Positions 35,026-45,451 of a stretch of DNA of 49,694 bases are shown in pieces. The stretch is from the NCBI GenBank assembly GCA_947306185.1, contig CAMZFU010000003.1, forward strand, positions 1 through 49,694, given 5' to 3'. Origin of the DNA: an uncultured Pseudomonadota bacterium. Its GTDB lineage: Bacteria > Pseudomonadota > Alphaproteobacteria > Rs-D84. The notes below the pieces were generated by a model. It did not search any database. It saw nothing but the letters and a program-made list of their open reading frames with translations, and was not told where the DNA came from. Both the position numbers and the translations under genes were made by a program. Position 1 is the stretch's first letter. Every line of letters begins with the position of its first letter.

Positions 35026-36558
35026 ATGGATACGAATTATACTGTTTTAGCACGAAAATACCGCAGTCAAGATTTTCAATCACTTATCGGCCAAGATGTT
35101 TTGGTCAAAACTTTAACAACCGCAATTAAAACGGGGCGTATCGCACATGCGTATATATTTACCGGGATTCGTGGAACCGGAAAAACCAGTACTGCGCGTA
35201 TTTTGGCCAAGGCATTAAATTGTTTGTCTTCGGATGGCCCAACGGCAACGCCATGTGGTACATGCGAAAATTGTCGTGCTATTGCCGCCGGACAGCATAT
35301 TGACGTTTTGGAAATCGACGCGGCTTCTCATACCGGGGTTGATAATATGCGCGAAATATTAGATGCCGCGCAATATCGTCCAACAAATGGCCGTTACAAA
35401 GTTTATATAATCGACGAAGTCCATATGCTTTCCACCAGTGCGTTTAACGCATTGCTTAAAACATTAGAAGAACCGCCTGCACATGTAATCTTTATTTTGG
35501 CGACAACCGAAATACGGAAAGTTCCGGTAACGATTCTTTCGCGTTGCCAACGCTTTGATTTGGTTCGCGTGCCGGTTGATATACTTAAAAAACATTTTGC
35601 GTGGATTGCCGAACAAGAACAGGTTGAATTAACCGATGCGGCAAATGAATTATTGGCACGTGCGGCCGATGGTTCTGTGCGTGATGGGTTGTCTTTGTTG
35701 GACCAGGCGATTGCGCAGACCGGGGGGCACGTTGATGAAAATGCCGTTATGGATATGTTGAAACGTGCCGACCGTGGCGTGGTTGTTGATTTTATGCAAA
35801 CAATATTGTCGGGAAATGTCGCAACCGCAATGGCCAAGGCAGACGAGATTTACACTAATGGCGCAGATTTAACAATGCTGCTTACTGATATGATGGAATG
35901 GACACATTGGGCAACACGTATGCATCCCGTGTTGCACGCCGGCGAAAGCAGTAATATTCCATACACCGCCGATCAACGTGCACGCATAAATGAAATAAAC
36001 AAGCACGTATCGTTGAATACACTTTCCAGAATATGGCAGGTAATGGTTGCAGCGGTTCCAGAAATGGCCGCAGCATCAAATCAAAAGCAATGTTTTGATA
36101 TGCTAATTGTGCGGTTGATGCATATTGCAGATATGCCGTCTTTACCAGAAATGTTAAAGTCAGAAAAAGTTGACATGCCACGTGTACCACAGCAATCTGC
36201 ACCGGTAAAAAACGAAACTGTTCAGATTAAAACAGCAGCGGACCTGGCGGATTTGTTAAAGAACGCGCGTGAAATTATGCTTTATTCATATTTTACCAAG
36301 AACATAGAAGTTTGTGATATTAATGGCAATTGCATATCTTTCTTTGATCGTGGTAATGACGCGGATTTCCAAAAGAAATTATCATCATGGTTGAATACGA
36401 AAACCAATGAAAATTGGGAAGTGATTAAGGTCGAAGAATCGCATCAAAATCAAACAGTTCGTGAACAGATTGAAACAGATGTGGAATCTGATCCGATGGT
36501 CGCAGATGCAATGTCTTTGTTTGAAGGTGCCGAAATTGTCGGTATATCAAAACAATAA
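35026..36558 (+). CDS. dnaX: DNA polymerase III subunit gamma/tau (start at MDTNY)
   Basis: LARKYR, GIRGTGKTS.ARI, CGTCENC, EIDAAS, IDEVHMLS, LLKTLEEPP, SRC. Confidence 0.97.
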   Translation: MDTNYTVLARKYRSQDFQSLIGQDVLVKTLTTAIKTGRIAHAYIFTGIRGTGKTSTARILAKALNCLSSDGPTATPCGTCENCRAIAAGQHIDVLEIDAASHTGVDNMREILDAAQYRPTNGRYKVYIIDEVHMLSTSAFNALLKTLEEPPAHVIFILATTEIRKVPVTILSRCQRFDLVRVPVDILKKHFAWIAEQEQVELTDAANELLARAADGSVRDGLSLLDQAIAQTGGHVDENAVMDMLKRADRGVVVDFMQTILSGNVATAMAKADEIYTNGADLTMLLTDMMEWTHWATRMHPVLHAGESSNIPYTADQRARINEINKHVSLNTLSRIWQVMVAAVPEMAAASNQKQCFDMLIVRLMHIADMPSLPEMLKSEKVDMPRVPQQSAPVKNETVQIKTAADLADLLKNAREIMLYSYFTKNIEVCDINGNCISFFDRGNDADFQKKLSSWLNTKTNENWEVIKVEESHQNQTVREQIETDVESDPMVADAMSLFEGAEIVGISKQ

Positions 36559-36577
36559 TTTTGTATATGGGGGGAAT

Positions 36578-37036
36578 ATGAAAACCGAATCAGGCAGAAG
36601 TTTAATTGAAATGATTGGCGTGCTTGCCTTAACGGGTGTTATGACGGCAAGTGCAATCGCAATATATAATACTATTCGTCACAATCAGCATAATTCAATC
36701 GCGGCCGCAACACTGCGTGAAGTTGCAAAAAATGCGAACCTGCTTATGGGAATGCGTGGTGATTACACGGGGATATCTGTTGAATATTTGATAAAGGCGG
36801 GTGCAATTACAAATGATGTGGCCCCAATTGGCAAAACCTGGGCGGTTGATGTTGGGGAAACAGATACATCAACATTTGAAATTAAATTATATGGTTTGAC
36901 GCATAAAGAATGTGATTTCTTTGCGTCTGCGATGCCCGCCTGGGCCGAAGCAATGTTTGTCAATGGTGTTGCATCAACAGAATATGTACAATGCATTTCC
37001 GCGGCGGAAAATAACATCACTTTTGTTGCAAGGTAA
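36578..37036 (+). CDS. Type IV pilin-like (PilS-like) protein (start at MKTESG)
   Basis: Class III signal peptide G|RSLIEMIGVLAL with Glu+5 and hydrophobic helix; two C-terminal Cys. Confidence 0.8.
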   Translation: MKTESGRSLIEMIGVLALTGVMTASAIAIYNTIRHNQHNSIAAATLREVAKNANLLMGMRGDYTGISVEYLIKAGAITNDVAPIGKTWAVDVGETDTSTFEIKLYGLTHKECDFFASAMPAWAEAMFVNGVASTEYVQCISAAENNITFVAR

Positions 37037-37038
37037 AA

Positions 37039-37713
37039 ATGAAGAAACAAGTATTTGCTTTGTTTTGTGTTTTACTATCAGCGTGTGCGACATATAAAAG
37101 TCCCGAACGTTCAACGTGGGGAACGTACCTGTATGGCGCAAGTTTTGCCGATATGAATGAAACCGCAAAAATCGCCAAGAAACCAATTTACCTTGGCCGG
37201 GGTGGTCGTGTTGTAACAGATGTTACAAATAAAAAACCAGAAATGGATTATGGTGATAAAAATCAAAATGAATCTGCGATGATATTAGGTTATATGTCGG
37301 AATTAGAATATAAACTGTACGACGCCCTGCGCAGCCCCGGTGTTTCAGTTCAACGTGCCGGTACAGATGTTGTTGTTATACTTGTGCGCGATGCCATTAT
37401 GGAATTGGATGCACCCGAAATATCTTCTGATGGGGATGACAACCTTGGTAAAATTGCAAATATATTAAAAAAATATGATGCAACTTTCTTGGAAATTGCG
37501 GGTTATACTGATTCTATGCGGGATACAACGGCGGCACGCGCTTTATCATTGGATATGGCACAGCGCGTTGGGGTGTATCTGGCGGAACACGATATCCAAC
37601 AATCGCGTATGTTTATCGTTGGCCGTGGGGCGGCTCGTCCGATTGCAGGCCAAGATGAATGGGGGCGTCTAACTAATCGCAGGGTTGAGATAAGAATTGC
37701 CCCTGTACGGTAA
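37039..37713 (+). CDS. OmpA-family lipoprotein
   Basis: Lipobox LSAC; C-terminal IAGYTDS...LSLDMAQRV..YL, G.G..RPIA, NRRVEIRI. Confidence 0.88.
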   Translation: MKKQVFALFCVLLSACATYKSPERSTWGTYLYGASFADMNETAKIAKKPIYLGRGGRVVTDVTNKKPEMDYGDKNQNESAMILGYMSELEYKLYDALRSPGVSVQRAGTDVVVILVRDAIMELDAPEISSDGDDNLGKIANILKKYDATFLEIAGYTDSMRDTTAARALSLDMAQRVGVYLAEHDIQQSRMFIVGRGAARPIAGQDEWGRLTNRRVEIRIAPVR

Positions 37714-37790
37714 TTTTTGATAACTTTCTCTTTTATTTTATAAAAAATATTGCTATAGTACCCACGTCAACAAAACAAAAGGATGAAAAT

Positions 37791-38453
37791 ATGGTAGAAA
37801 CAAATACAAATTCCCAGCAATCAGTTGTAAAAAAATACGCCAAGATTGGTATTGTGGCCGCGGTCGTGGTTGTAATCGCCCTTATTGGTGTTTTTGCTTT
37901 GCGTGGTGGCCACGAAGTTAGTGCATCCGAAGCAATAAGTGAAGTTTCTGCAGATGCCCCGACGGGTGCAGAATTGCGTATGGCGGTTATCCGTATGGAT
38001 GCAATTCAGGCGGATGCCAAGGCATTGAAAGATTTGCGCAAACAAAAAGAAAACTATGAAGAAAAATTGCGTAGTGAATTAGAAAAACAACAAAAATCGT
38101 TGGAAAAAGAAAAAGCTGAAATTGAAAAATCTCAAGATGTTTTATCACGTGATGCATTACAACGTCGTGTTGTTGAATACCAAGGCAAAGTTACAAAATT
38201 GCAACGTGATTTAACAGAACGCGCACAATCAATTGACGCATCTTTCCAGAAAGCATTAACAAAAATCCAAGAAAGCCATTTGGATCCAATTATTGGTGCG
38301 ATAATAGAAAAGAAGAATCTGTCTTTGGTTATTGATGGCCGTTTTGCACGTACCGGTGCAGAGATAAAAGGTTTGGATATCACAGATGAAGTTATCAATG
38401 CACTTGATAAAAAGGTTTCTTCATTCAAGATGGATAAACCAAAAGGTTTTTAA
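37791..38453 (+). CDS. skp: OmpH/Skp family periplasmic chaperone
   Basis: N-terminal anchor, MAVIRMD.I, long coiled coil, LSLVID, LDITDEVI.ALDKK; upstream of lpxD. Confidence 0.8.
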   Translation: MVETNTNSQQSVVKKYAKIGIVAAVVVVIALIGVFALRGGHEVSASEAISEVSADAPTGAELRMAVIRMDAIQADAKALKDLRKQKENYEEKLRSELEKQQKSLEKEKAEIEKSQDVLSRDALQRRVVEYQGKVTKLQRDLTERAQSIDASFQKALTKIQESHLDPIIGAIIEKKNLSLVIDGRFARTGAEIKGLDITDEVINALDKKVSSFKMDKPKGF

Positions 38454-38480
38454 TCGGATTTGTTAAATTGATTATTGAAA

Positions 38481-38508
38481 AAAAACGGCCGCAGTTATGG
38501 CCGTTTTT
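38481..38508 (+). terminator. Intrinsic terminator after skp
   Basis: AAAAACGGCC GCAGTTAT GGCCGTTTTT. Confidence 0.75.
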
Positions 38509-38554
38509 CGTTTGATTCTAATTTCTACTTTTATTTTGTATTTTTTGGTTTATA

Positions 38555-39610
38555 ATGCAAAACATGTTAGAAATAATTAAATCTTTATTCGGACCGCGGG
38601 CCACAAAAATGACCGCCGGTGAAATCGCCAAGAAATTTGGCCTTGAATTGCGTGGAAATCCAGATGTGGTTATCAGTGGCATCGCACCAATTGCGGATGC
38701 GCGGCCTGGTCAAATTGCATTCTATTCCACAGAACAAAATAGTAATGCATTCAAGATATTGCCGATTGAGGTGTTAGAAAACACCCGTGCATCGGTTATT
38801 TTGTTGCAACCGGAAACAGTATCACACGCCCCGGCGGGAACCACATTGTTGGTATGTAAAAGTCCGCGTGGTGAAATTGTTAAGATTTTGGGTGAAATAT
38901 ATCGCGAAGCGCCACGCCGTGGTATATCAGGTGATGCGTATGTCGAAAGTGGTGTATTCTTCCGTAATCGTCGCAGTGTTTATATTGGCCCATTTGTAAC
39001 GGTTGAACGTGGTGCGGTAATTGAACCAGATGTGAAGATATATCCAAATGCATATATTGGAAAAAATGTTACAATTGGTCGTGGCACGGTAATCTATTCT
39101 GGGGCACATATTGAAAACGCGACAATTGGCGCAGAATGCGTGATTTATAATGGGGCGTCTATTGGCAAGGACGGTTTCGGATATACTCGTCAGGACGGCC
39201 ATAACGTGTTTATTCCGCATGTTGGACGCGTTGTTTTGGGTGACAGGGTATCTGTTGGCGCAAATACGTGTATCGATCGTGGTGCGCTTACTGATACGAT
39301 GATTGGTGAAGGAACCAAAATAGACAATTTATGCCAAATTGCACATGGTGTTGTAATTGGCAAAGAATGTTTCTTGGCATCGGGTGTTGGAATTGCGGGT
39401 GGCGTTACGGTTGGCGATAGGGCATTACTTGCCGGACACGTTGGAATTGCGAACGGTGTTAAAATTGGCAACGATGCCGAGGTTGGTGCAAACAGTGGTG
39501 TTTTCCGTGATGTACCCGATGGTGCACGCCACATGGGGTATCCGGCGGCCCCCGGAACAGAATTCTTGCGCCATTATGCGTGGGTTAAAAAGCATATAAA
39601 TCAGGATTAA
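38555..39610 (+). CDS. lpxD: UDP-3-O-acylglucosamine N-acyltransferase LpxD
   Basis: Hexapeptide repeats, [40 protein letters not shown]. Confidence 0.95.
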   Translation: MQNMLEIIKSLFGPRATKMTAGEIAKKFGLELRGNPDVVISGIAPIADARPGQIAFYSTEQNSNAFKILPIEVLENTRASVILLQPETVSHAPAGTTLLVCKSPRGEIVKILGEIYREAPRRGISGDAYVESGVFFRNRRSVYIGPFVTVERGAVIEPDVKIYPNAYIGKNVTIGRGTVIYSGAHIENATIGAECVIYNGASIGKDGFGYTRQDGHNVFIPHVGRVVLGDRVSVGANTCIDRGALTDTMIGEGTKIDNLCQIAHGVVIGKECFLASGVGIAGGVTVGDRALLAGHVGIANGVKIGNDAEVGANSGVFRDVPDGARHMGYPAAPGTEFLRHYAWVKKHINQD

Positions 39611-39621
39611 AGGAAACCAAA

Positions 39622-40062
39622 ATGATAGATGCAAAAGGTATAGAGCAGGTTATACCGCATCGCGGTGATATGCGCCTTATTGATGAAATTAGCGAATACA
39701 CGGATAAAACCGCGGTGGGGATAAAGCACGTACGCAAAGATGAGTTTTGGTGCGCGGGGCATTTCCCAATTAAACCCGTGATGCCGGGGGTCTTGATTGT
39801 TGAAGCGTTGGCGCAAACGGCATGCTTTATGGTAATGAATGCCGCCAAAAAACCGGAAAGCCAGATGTTGGGATATTTTGTTTCCATTGAAAGTGCACGT
39901 TTTACACGTATGGTATTGCCAGGTGATACATTGGAATTACATGTTGAAGAAATAGCATCTAAATTGAAAATGCACAAGTTTGTTGGCAACGCATTTGTAA
40001 ATGGTGTACGTGTGGCATCGGCAACATTTTCGGCAATAATGGATGAAAATCCGAATATCTAG
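39622..40062 (+). CDS. fabZ: 3-hydroxyacyl-ACP dehydratase FabZ
   Basis: IPHR..M.LID, GHFP.KPVMPGVLIVEALAQ, V.PGD.L. Confidence 0.95.
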   Translation: MIDAKGIEQVIPHRGDMRLIDEISEYTDKTAVGIKHVRKDEFWCAGHFPIKPVMPGVLIVEALAQTACFMVMNAAKKPESQMLGYFVSIESARFTRMVLPGDTLELHVEEIASKLKMHKFVGNAFVNGVRVASATFSAIMDENPNI

Positions 40063-40065
40063 GAA

Positions 40066-40554
40066 TTAAATTGTTATTCCGAAACATAATTTTGCGCATT
40101 CGCTGATGATAAATGCGGCACATGTGACAATAGAGCATATAACAAGCATTTCCAAAAATCGTGGCCACCAAGAATCCCCAATGATTCTTGATTTTATAAA
40201 ATTAAAGAACCATATTATCGATATACCAACAATCGTGGACATGGCCAGTGCAATTTTTGCATTTTTAATAAACAGAAACGGGACCAGTAACATTCCTGCG
40301 GTGAACATGTATGTGCCTCCCGTGCAGAGTCCGTGCCACAACGCATAGCCAGAATTCCCATCCACTTTATCCGCCAAATATTGTGATGCGGTCATGGACA
40401 TTGCTGCCGCCACCGCCGCGATTGTGCCAGTCAGTAATGTAACATATTGGTCGGCACCGGCAAACACCAATCCCACAATTAACCCCGATGTTGAAACCAA
40501 TGCATCATGCATACCCAAAACCATAGGGCCCCAAAAAGAATGTTTCTTTGGCAT
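40066..40554 (-). CDS. VIT1/CCC1-family membrane transporter
   Basis: VLGMHDALVS..GL..GL, GTIAAVAAAMSMTASQYL, five hydrophobic segments. Confidence 0.8.
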   Translation of the reverse strand: MPKKHSFWGPMVLGMHDALVSTSGLIVGLVFAGADQYVTLLTGTIAAVAAAMSMTASQYLADKVDGNSGYALWHGLCTGGTYMFTAGMLLVPFLFIKNAKIALAMSTIVGISIIWFFNFIKSRIIGDSWWPRFLEMLVICSIVTCAAFIISECAKLCFGITI

Positions 40555-40603
40555 GTAAAAAAATTACCCCCATTCGGGGGCAAAATTAATAGGTTTGGTT
40601 TCT

Positions 40604-41221
40604 TTACCATGTTGGTGCATGGTCGCCTTCTTTAACAATTGGCTGTTCGTCTTCCCATACAGAAAGTCCTGTTTTAACATCGGTCAATGTTAATTGCAGG
40701 TAATATTCAACACGTGTATCCACGGACGAGAACCATCCAGAATTCAATTTTAGATTACGTTGTAACATTTTTCCGGTAAGTGACATATTGGGTGCCACCA
40801 ATGTTCCTTTGCCTGCGATGGTTGATGCATCGTATTCGGCATTTCCGCGTGTATCGCGAACCGCATATGTTGTTTCATCTTCGGCGGATTTGTTGTTTCT
40901 AAATCCGGTCGTAACCTGGGCACGGCCAGAATTAACCAATGTCTTACGAATCTTTTTAATCAGGATATCTGTATCAAATCGTTGCATAGTATCATTTTTA
41001 ATTTCGCCGATTGCGATAACCGGATTTTTAACGCGTGCGAATGCGCCACTTGCCAACATAGAATTGGTCATTTTTTCGGCTGTTGCAGCCCAATCACGAT
41101 ATTCTAATTCCATAACGTTTTGCATTTCGGCGACTTCTGCGGAATTGTTAAGGTCAACAACAGTTGTTTCCCCGCAACCACAAAGTACGGCGCACAATGC
41201 AATTGGTAATATTTTTTTCAT
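40604..41221 (-). CDS. LpoB-like outer-membrane lipoprotein
   Basis: Lipobox LCGC, DW...AEKM..SML, I.NDT.QR.DTD.L..KI...L..SG, YYLQLTL.D..TG..VW.DE..I.K. Confidence 0.78.
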   Translation of the reverse strand: MKKILPIALCAVLCGCGETTVVDLNNSAEVAEMQNVMELEYRDWAATAEKMTNSMLASGAFARVKNPVIAIGEIKNDTMQRFDTDILIKKIRKTLVNSGRAQVTTGFRNNKSAEDETTYAVRDTRGNAEYDASTIAGKGTLVAPNMSLTGKMLQRNLKLNSGWFSSVDTRVEYYLQLTLTDVKTGLSVWEDEQPIVKEGDHAPTW

Positions 41222-41233
41222 CTTTTCCCCCTT

Positions 41234-42475
41234 TTATTTAAGTTTCATTTGTTTAATATCGTACTTGTTCGGCGACGTGCGAACATAGATTAAATAATTG
41301 CCCGATGTTCCAATTGATATCGTATTGATAACATTACCATTGGAACGTAATTCAATCAAGCCACTTTTATTATTCGGCATACGTAATACGGATATGGTCT
41401 TGGGCAATGTGGCCCATGTACGAACCTCGGCACTGTTTGTAAATTCAGAATAAATTGTGGACATTAGGCCAAGTAGTGGCGCGTTTTTGGAATGCGAATT
41501 ATAAAGCGATGATTGTAATGCCACACGTGATGCCGCGGATGTAAATGCACGCAATGCGTCATTGGTCATGTATTCGGTATATTCCGTCATAAACATTGCA
41601 TCCACATCGGCAAGGGTTTCTGTGCCATCAATTTTAGTGTATGATTCAAGAAATTGTGGTTTAGAAATTGCGATGGTAACAAATGTTGCGCCACCCTTTG
41701 TTGCAACTGGCAAACTGATTCTTTGTTCGGTAAGTTTTGGTGCAAAACCATCTTCAATAAATACCCAAACAGTATTTGTCGGCTTTCGTTTTGTTGTTGC
41801 CAGTTTTAAATCTTGCGTGATAAAACTATTTCTTGGAACCATACCGTTCGCGCGTTCAAGGTAAGTGACCGCATCAGAAAAATCACCAGATGATAAAAAG
41901 TATATGCCAGATAAATACATTAATGCCGGGTTCATAATGTCACGATATGCTGTCCATTTTGCATTGTCGTTATTTAATGTCTGCATAAGTTCACTTGAAT
42001 CTGATAATTTTGATTGATTTGACTCAATCAGTTTTTTATATGCACGTGACATATCTTGTTGACGGGCATAAGATTGGTTTATTATTACGCGGGCATCATT
42101 CCACCGTGCATCGGCAATCGCCGCCCATAACTGATAATACGACACAAACAGCGAATCCATCATATATGGTCGGTAATCGTTTGCATTTGCACCCAACGTT
42201 AATGCGGTTACTTCGCGTAAGATATCCCCACTGGTGGTGGATATATTTCGTTTATTAAATACCTCGTATGCCTTGTCAGCATTTGCAATATCGCCATCAT
42301 GAAAAAGCGCGTCTGCGGTAATCAATAAATCAAGATTATTCTTGTCTTCAAATGGTGTTGTGTCGGTCGTGGCGGTCATATAATTGTCGCGGACATTGTC
42401 AAGTCGTGATTCAACGGTCGCACTGCAACCACATAATAAAATCGCAATAATCAAAAAATTTGATAATTTACGCAT
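41234..42475 (-). CDS. COG3014-like lipoprotein, function unknown
   Basis: Lipobox LCGC, Y.PY.MD.LF...YQ, EVRTW.TLP motif; adjacent to an LpoB-like gene as is typical for this family. Confidence 0.65.
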   Translation of the reverse strand: MRKLSNFLIIAILLCGCSATVESRLDNVRDNYMTATTDTTPFEDKNNLDLLITADALFHDGDIANADKAYEVFNKRNISTTSGDILREVTALTLGANANDYRPYMMDSLFVSYYQLWAAIADARWNDARVIINQSYARQQDMSRAYKKLIESNQSKLSDSSELMQTLNNDNAKWTAYRDIMNPALMYLSGIYFLSSGDFSDAVTYLERANGMVPRNSFITQDLKLATTKRKPTNTVWVFIEDGFAPKLTEQRISLPVATKGGATFVTIAISKPQFLESYTKIDGTETLADVDAMFMTEYTEYMTNDALRAFTSAASRVALQSSLYNSHSKNAPLLGLMSTIYSEFTNSAEVRTWATLPKTISVLRMPNNKSGLIELRSNGNVINTISIGTSGNYLIYVRTSPNKYDIKQMKLK

Positions 42476-42478
42476 GTC

Positions 42479-44737
42479 TTATAATGTCACCGGTGCCAGG
42501 TCTTTCAATTCATTCGTTTGTGGATTATAATAACGCGGTGTGCCGGCATATTCCAAAATCGCATGATGCGATGGAATCAAAAATTCCGGCAGTGGTGATG
42601 AACGGCCCATCTTCATATATGCAACCATTTTTGGATCACTAAATGCCATACGCATTTCCGCCTTAATCGGACGATGGTAATAACCTTCGTACAATACAAC
42701 CGCTTCGGCCGGTTTGCCGTTAACCGTTGTCTTTAATTTCATAAGGTCGAATTGACTAAATACCGGTTCTTCTTTGCGTTCTTTTGTTTCGGTCTCTTTG
42801 CCATCCGCCCCTTTGACCTTTTTCTTTTCGAATGTTATCTTTTGCGGAATCATATCGGCGAAACGTTTTGCTGTATCGGTTTCGTTTTGACGGAATACAA
42901 TCTTGGCCGCGGTCGTTGAAAGAATTGTTGATGCGGCATCTGGACCGTATTTTTCTTGAATCTGGTGCAAATCCTGACCGATAAACAGATATGATATCTT
43001 TTGACTACGACCGACGTCTGGCCCCTGGATAACGGCCTGCATCTTTTGCATCTTGGGCATTTCATCAAGCAAGAATAACACCGGATATGGCCCCATTTTT
43101 TCGCCACTGCGCCCAACGTGATCAGGTGGATTGGCAAGCAAGAAATTAGACATTGTTTCAATAAACATAGATGTAATCGGGTTCAATGCCTTGGCATCAA
43201 CAACATTGATAGATAAATATACGGTTACCGGTTTCATTTTGCCATCACGCGGGTCAACCATTCCGCGCATATCCGCAAAATGAAAATCAGAATGACTTGT
43301 TCTGTTACGTACGGCGGCGTTACGGAATATCCCAAGACCGGTCAAAATCGTTGAAATAATGGATCCACGTTCGGTGGCCGGTGTGTTAGCAAGTTTGGTT
43401 AATTCGGCGACCGCACGATTAGAATACGCAAATGAACGGCTTTCATTTACGGCACCTTCCAGCCAATCTTTCATCGGGTCGGCCATCATAACGGTTTGAT
43501 CCCCTTGTTTCTGACGTTCCGCCAAATTAGCAGCAACCGCAATTTGTGCCTCGGTAATCCAATCAAGCATCATGGAAAACGATGCCTCTTTGCCTAACCA
43601 CATTTCTGGAATATTTGCCCATGTCCCGATATGAACATAGTTCATCGCGTTTAGTTCGCCCTTTTTAATTAAACCCATCGCTGCAAACGCATTTGGGTCA
43701 TTTACCATTGAAAAGTAATAATCTGATAATACGGCTGCGTCATCTGCATCAAAAGTTCCGTCTTTAAGGCGGCTATAGAAATAATCATCGGCTTTTGCAC
43801 GTTCTATTTTTGATACGATAAACTGTACAAAACCTGCAAGACCTGCACGACCTGCCTGTGTCCAGTGTGGGTCGGCACTGCTGCCCACGGCATCAGGAAC
43901 CAAAACATCACAGATATAGTCGACATACAATTCGCGTTGTTCGGTACTAAACGGTATGTGTCCTGGTGATAATGGATTCCACGATGGATAATAAATCCCT
44001 TTTTCTGGTTCGTCTTGTCCCGCCCAATTCATAATGAAAACTGGACCGACCTTTTCCGAACGATAGCCACTGGACCCCACATCGATTTCAGGCTTAGGGT
44101 CGTTGATAATCATTGAAACATTCGGACATTCAAAAATTGTTGGAAATACTATACCTTGTGTTTTACCGGTCCCCGGAGGAGCCAAACACAAAACAGACGT
44201 GGTTTTTGGTAATTTCATCGGCTTTTTCTTAAAGTATCCAAGTAGCATAATGTTCCCATCAAATAATCCCATGTCCTTGACATCTTTTTCATTTGCTTCG
44301 CGCCCAGAACGTTTGTCATATTCATCTTTGCCATTTGGATTAAATTCTTTTTTAAGCGTATCATCATTCAAGGTGAAAAACGCAATTATTGGGAAAAATG
44401 GAACAATACATGCAAAATCTGGATGCATAACACAACGGGCCGCCCAATATGGAATCTCGGCCACAATTGACATACCACACGTTAAAAACGCGTTTTTGAA
44501 ATATAATTTTATCCAAAGCAGGGTTGCCGGGGACCATCCGTACCGCCAAATGTGTTCTAACACAAATGAAAAACAAAACGCTACCGCGCATATAAGCCAT
44601 ATAGAAACCGCCCAACGCAATGCCCAAAATGTCTGGGCCATTGGGGTTTGTTCGTGCTCTTTATACGCAGTGGATTTGAATATGTTCAAACCCTTGCTGT
44701 CTTTACCAGCAGATAAAATCTTGAACTTTTCAGCCAT
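42479..44737 (-). CDS. virD4: VirD4/TraG type IV secretion coupling protein
   Basis: N-terminal TM segments, Walker A APPGTGKT, INDPKPE, WNPL, Walker B LFLLDEMP, IGQDL.QI.EKYG. Confidence 0.9.
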   Translation of the reverse strand: MAEKFKILSAGKDSKGLNIFKSTAYKEHEQTPMAQTFWALRWAVSIWLICAVAFCFSFVLEHIWRYGWSPATLLWIKLYFKNAFLTCGMSIVAEIPYWAARCVMHPDFACIVPFFPIIAFFTLNDDTLKKEFNPNGKDEYDKRSGREANEKDVKDMGLFDGNIMLLGYFKKKPMKLPKTTSVLCLAPPGTGKTQGIVFPTIFECPNVSMIINDPKPEIDVGSSGYRSEKVGPVFIMNWAGQDEPEKGIYYPSWNPLSPGHIPFSTEQRELYVDYICDVLVPDAVGSSADPHWTQAGRAGLAGFVQFIVSKIERAKADDYFYSRLKDGTFDADDAAVLSDYYFSMVNDPNAFAAMGLIKKGELNAMNYVHIGTWANIPEMWLGKEASFSMMLDWITEAQIAVAANLAERQKQGDQTVMMADPMKDWLEGAVNESRSFAYSNRAVAELTKLANTPATERGSIISTILTGLGIFRNAAVRNRTSHSDFHFADMRGMVDPRDGKMKPVTVYLSINVVDAKALNPITSMFIETMSNFLLANPPDHVGRSGEKMGPYPVLFLLDEMPKMQKMQAVIQGPDVGRSQKISYLFIGQDLHQIQEKYGPDAASTILSTTAAKIVFRQNETDTAKRFADMIPQKITFEKKKVKGADGKETETKERKEEPVFSQFDLMKLKTTVNGKPAEAVVLYEGYYHRPIKAEMRMAFSDPKMVAYMKMGRSSPLPEFLIPSHHAILEYAGTPRYYNPQTNELKDLAPVTL

Positions 44738-44794
44738 CGTGTTATGATTATATCAGAAAAAACAATTTTTATAAAGTATGGAAATAAAAAATTA

Positions 44795-45451
44795 ATGAAA
44801 AATATTCCAAGAATTTTTATGGGTGAAAATATAAAATCGGGTGATGTTATTGGTGCCCCACGTGATGTGTCGCATTATTTGACCCATGTTATGCGAACCA
44901 AGAATTGTTTGGTGTTTGGCGGTGGAAATGAATTTTCGGCCATATTGTCAGATGACGGCAAAAATATTGTGGTTGGGAACAAAACGGAACATGCCGATCC
45001 TGTGACCAATATCACACTTTATTTTGCACCGATTAAGCGCACTGATGATTTGATAAATATGGCAACACAAATGGGAATTAGGAGATTTCAACCTGTAATT
45101 ACCGAACGAACGGTAAATAATTATGTGAATTGGGAACGTATGACAAAAATCGCGATCGAGGCATCAGAACAATCTAATCGCAACAGCGTGCCCGAAATAT
45201 CTGCGCCAATACCGTTTGCACGATTAAATTTGTCTGGTCTTTTGTTTGCGGATGAACGGTTTGCATATGATGACAAGAACGGTGGAAATATTTCAACCGC
45301 CGACGGAATACTTGTTGGACCCGAAGGTGGTTTTTCCGATAAAGAATTTGCCGCATTAGACGCCGACGGTGCAATACCAGTATCGTTGGGTAAAACAATT
45401 CTGCGTGCCGAAGTTGCCGCCGTCGTTGCAATCGACAAGATAAAAAAATGA
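44795..45451 (+). CDS. rsmE: 16S rRNA m3U1498 methyltransferase RsmE (start at MKNIPRIF)
   Basis: HYL.HVMR, ATQMG...QPVITERT, EASEQSNR, VGPEGGFS..E, LG..ILRAE.A. Confidence 0.92.
   Translation: MKNIPRIFMGENIKSGDVIGAPRDVSHYLTHVMRTKNCLVFGGGNEFSAILSDDGKNIVVGNKTEHADPVTNITLYFAPIKRTDDLINMATQMGIRRFQPVITERTVNNYVNWERMTKIAIEASEQSNRNSVPEISAPIPFARLNLSGLLFADERFAYDDKNGGNISTADGILVGPEGGFSDKEFAALDADGAIPVSLGKTILRAEVAAVVAIDKIKK

Noticed and set aside
35026-36558. dnaX gamma/tau programmed frameshift
   Set aside because: No A_AAA_AAG slippery site was seen in the expected region.
44738-44794. Very short divergent spacers (57 bp virD4/rsmE; 25 bp TPR/rsmG at 6764-6788)
   Set aside because: Most simply explained by genome compaction; no specific motif found.
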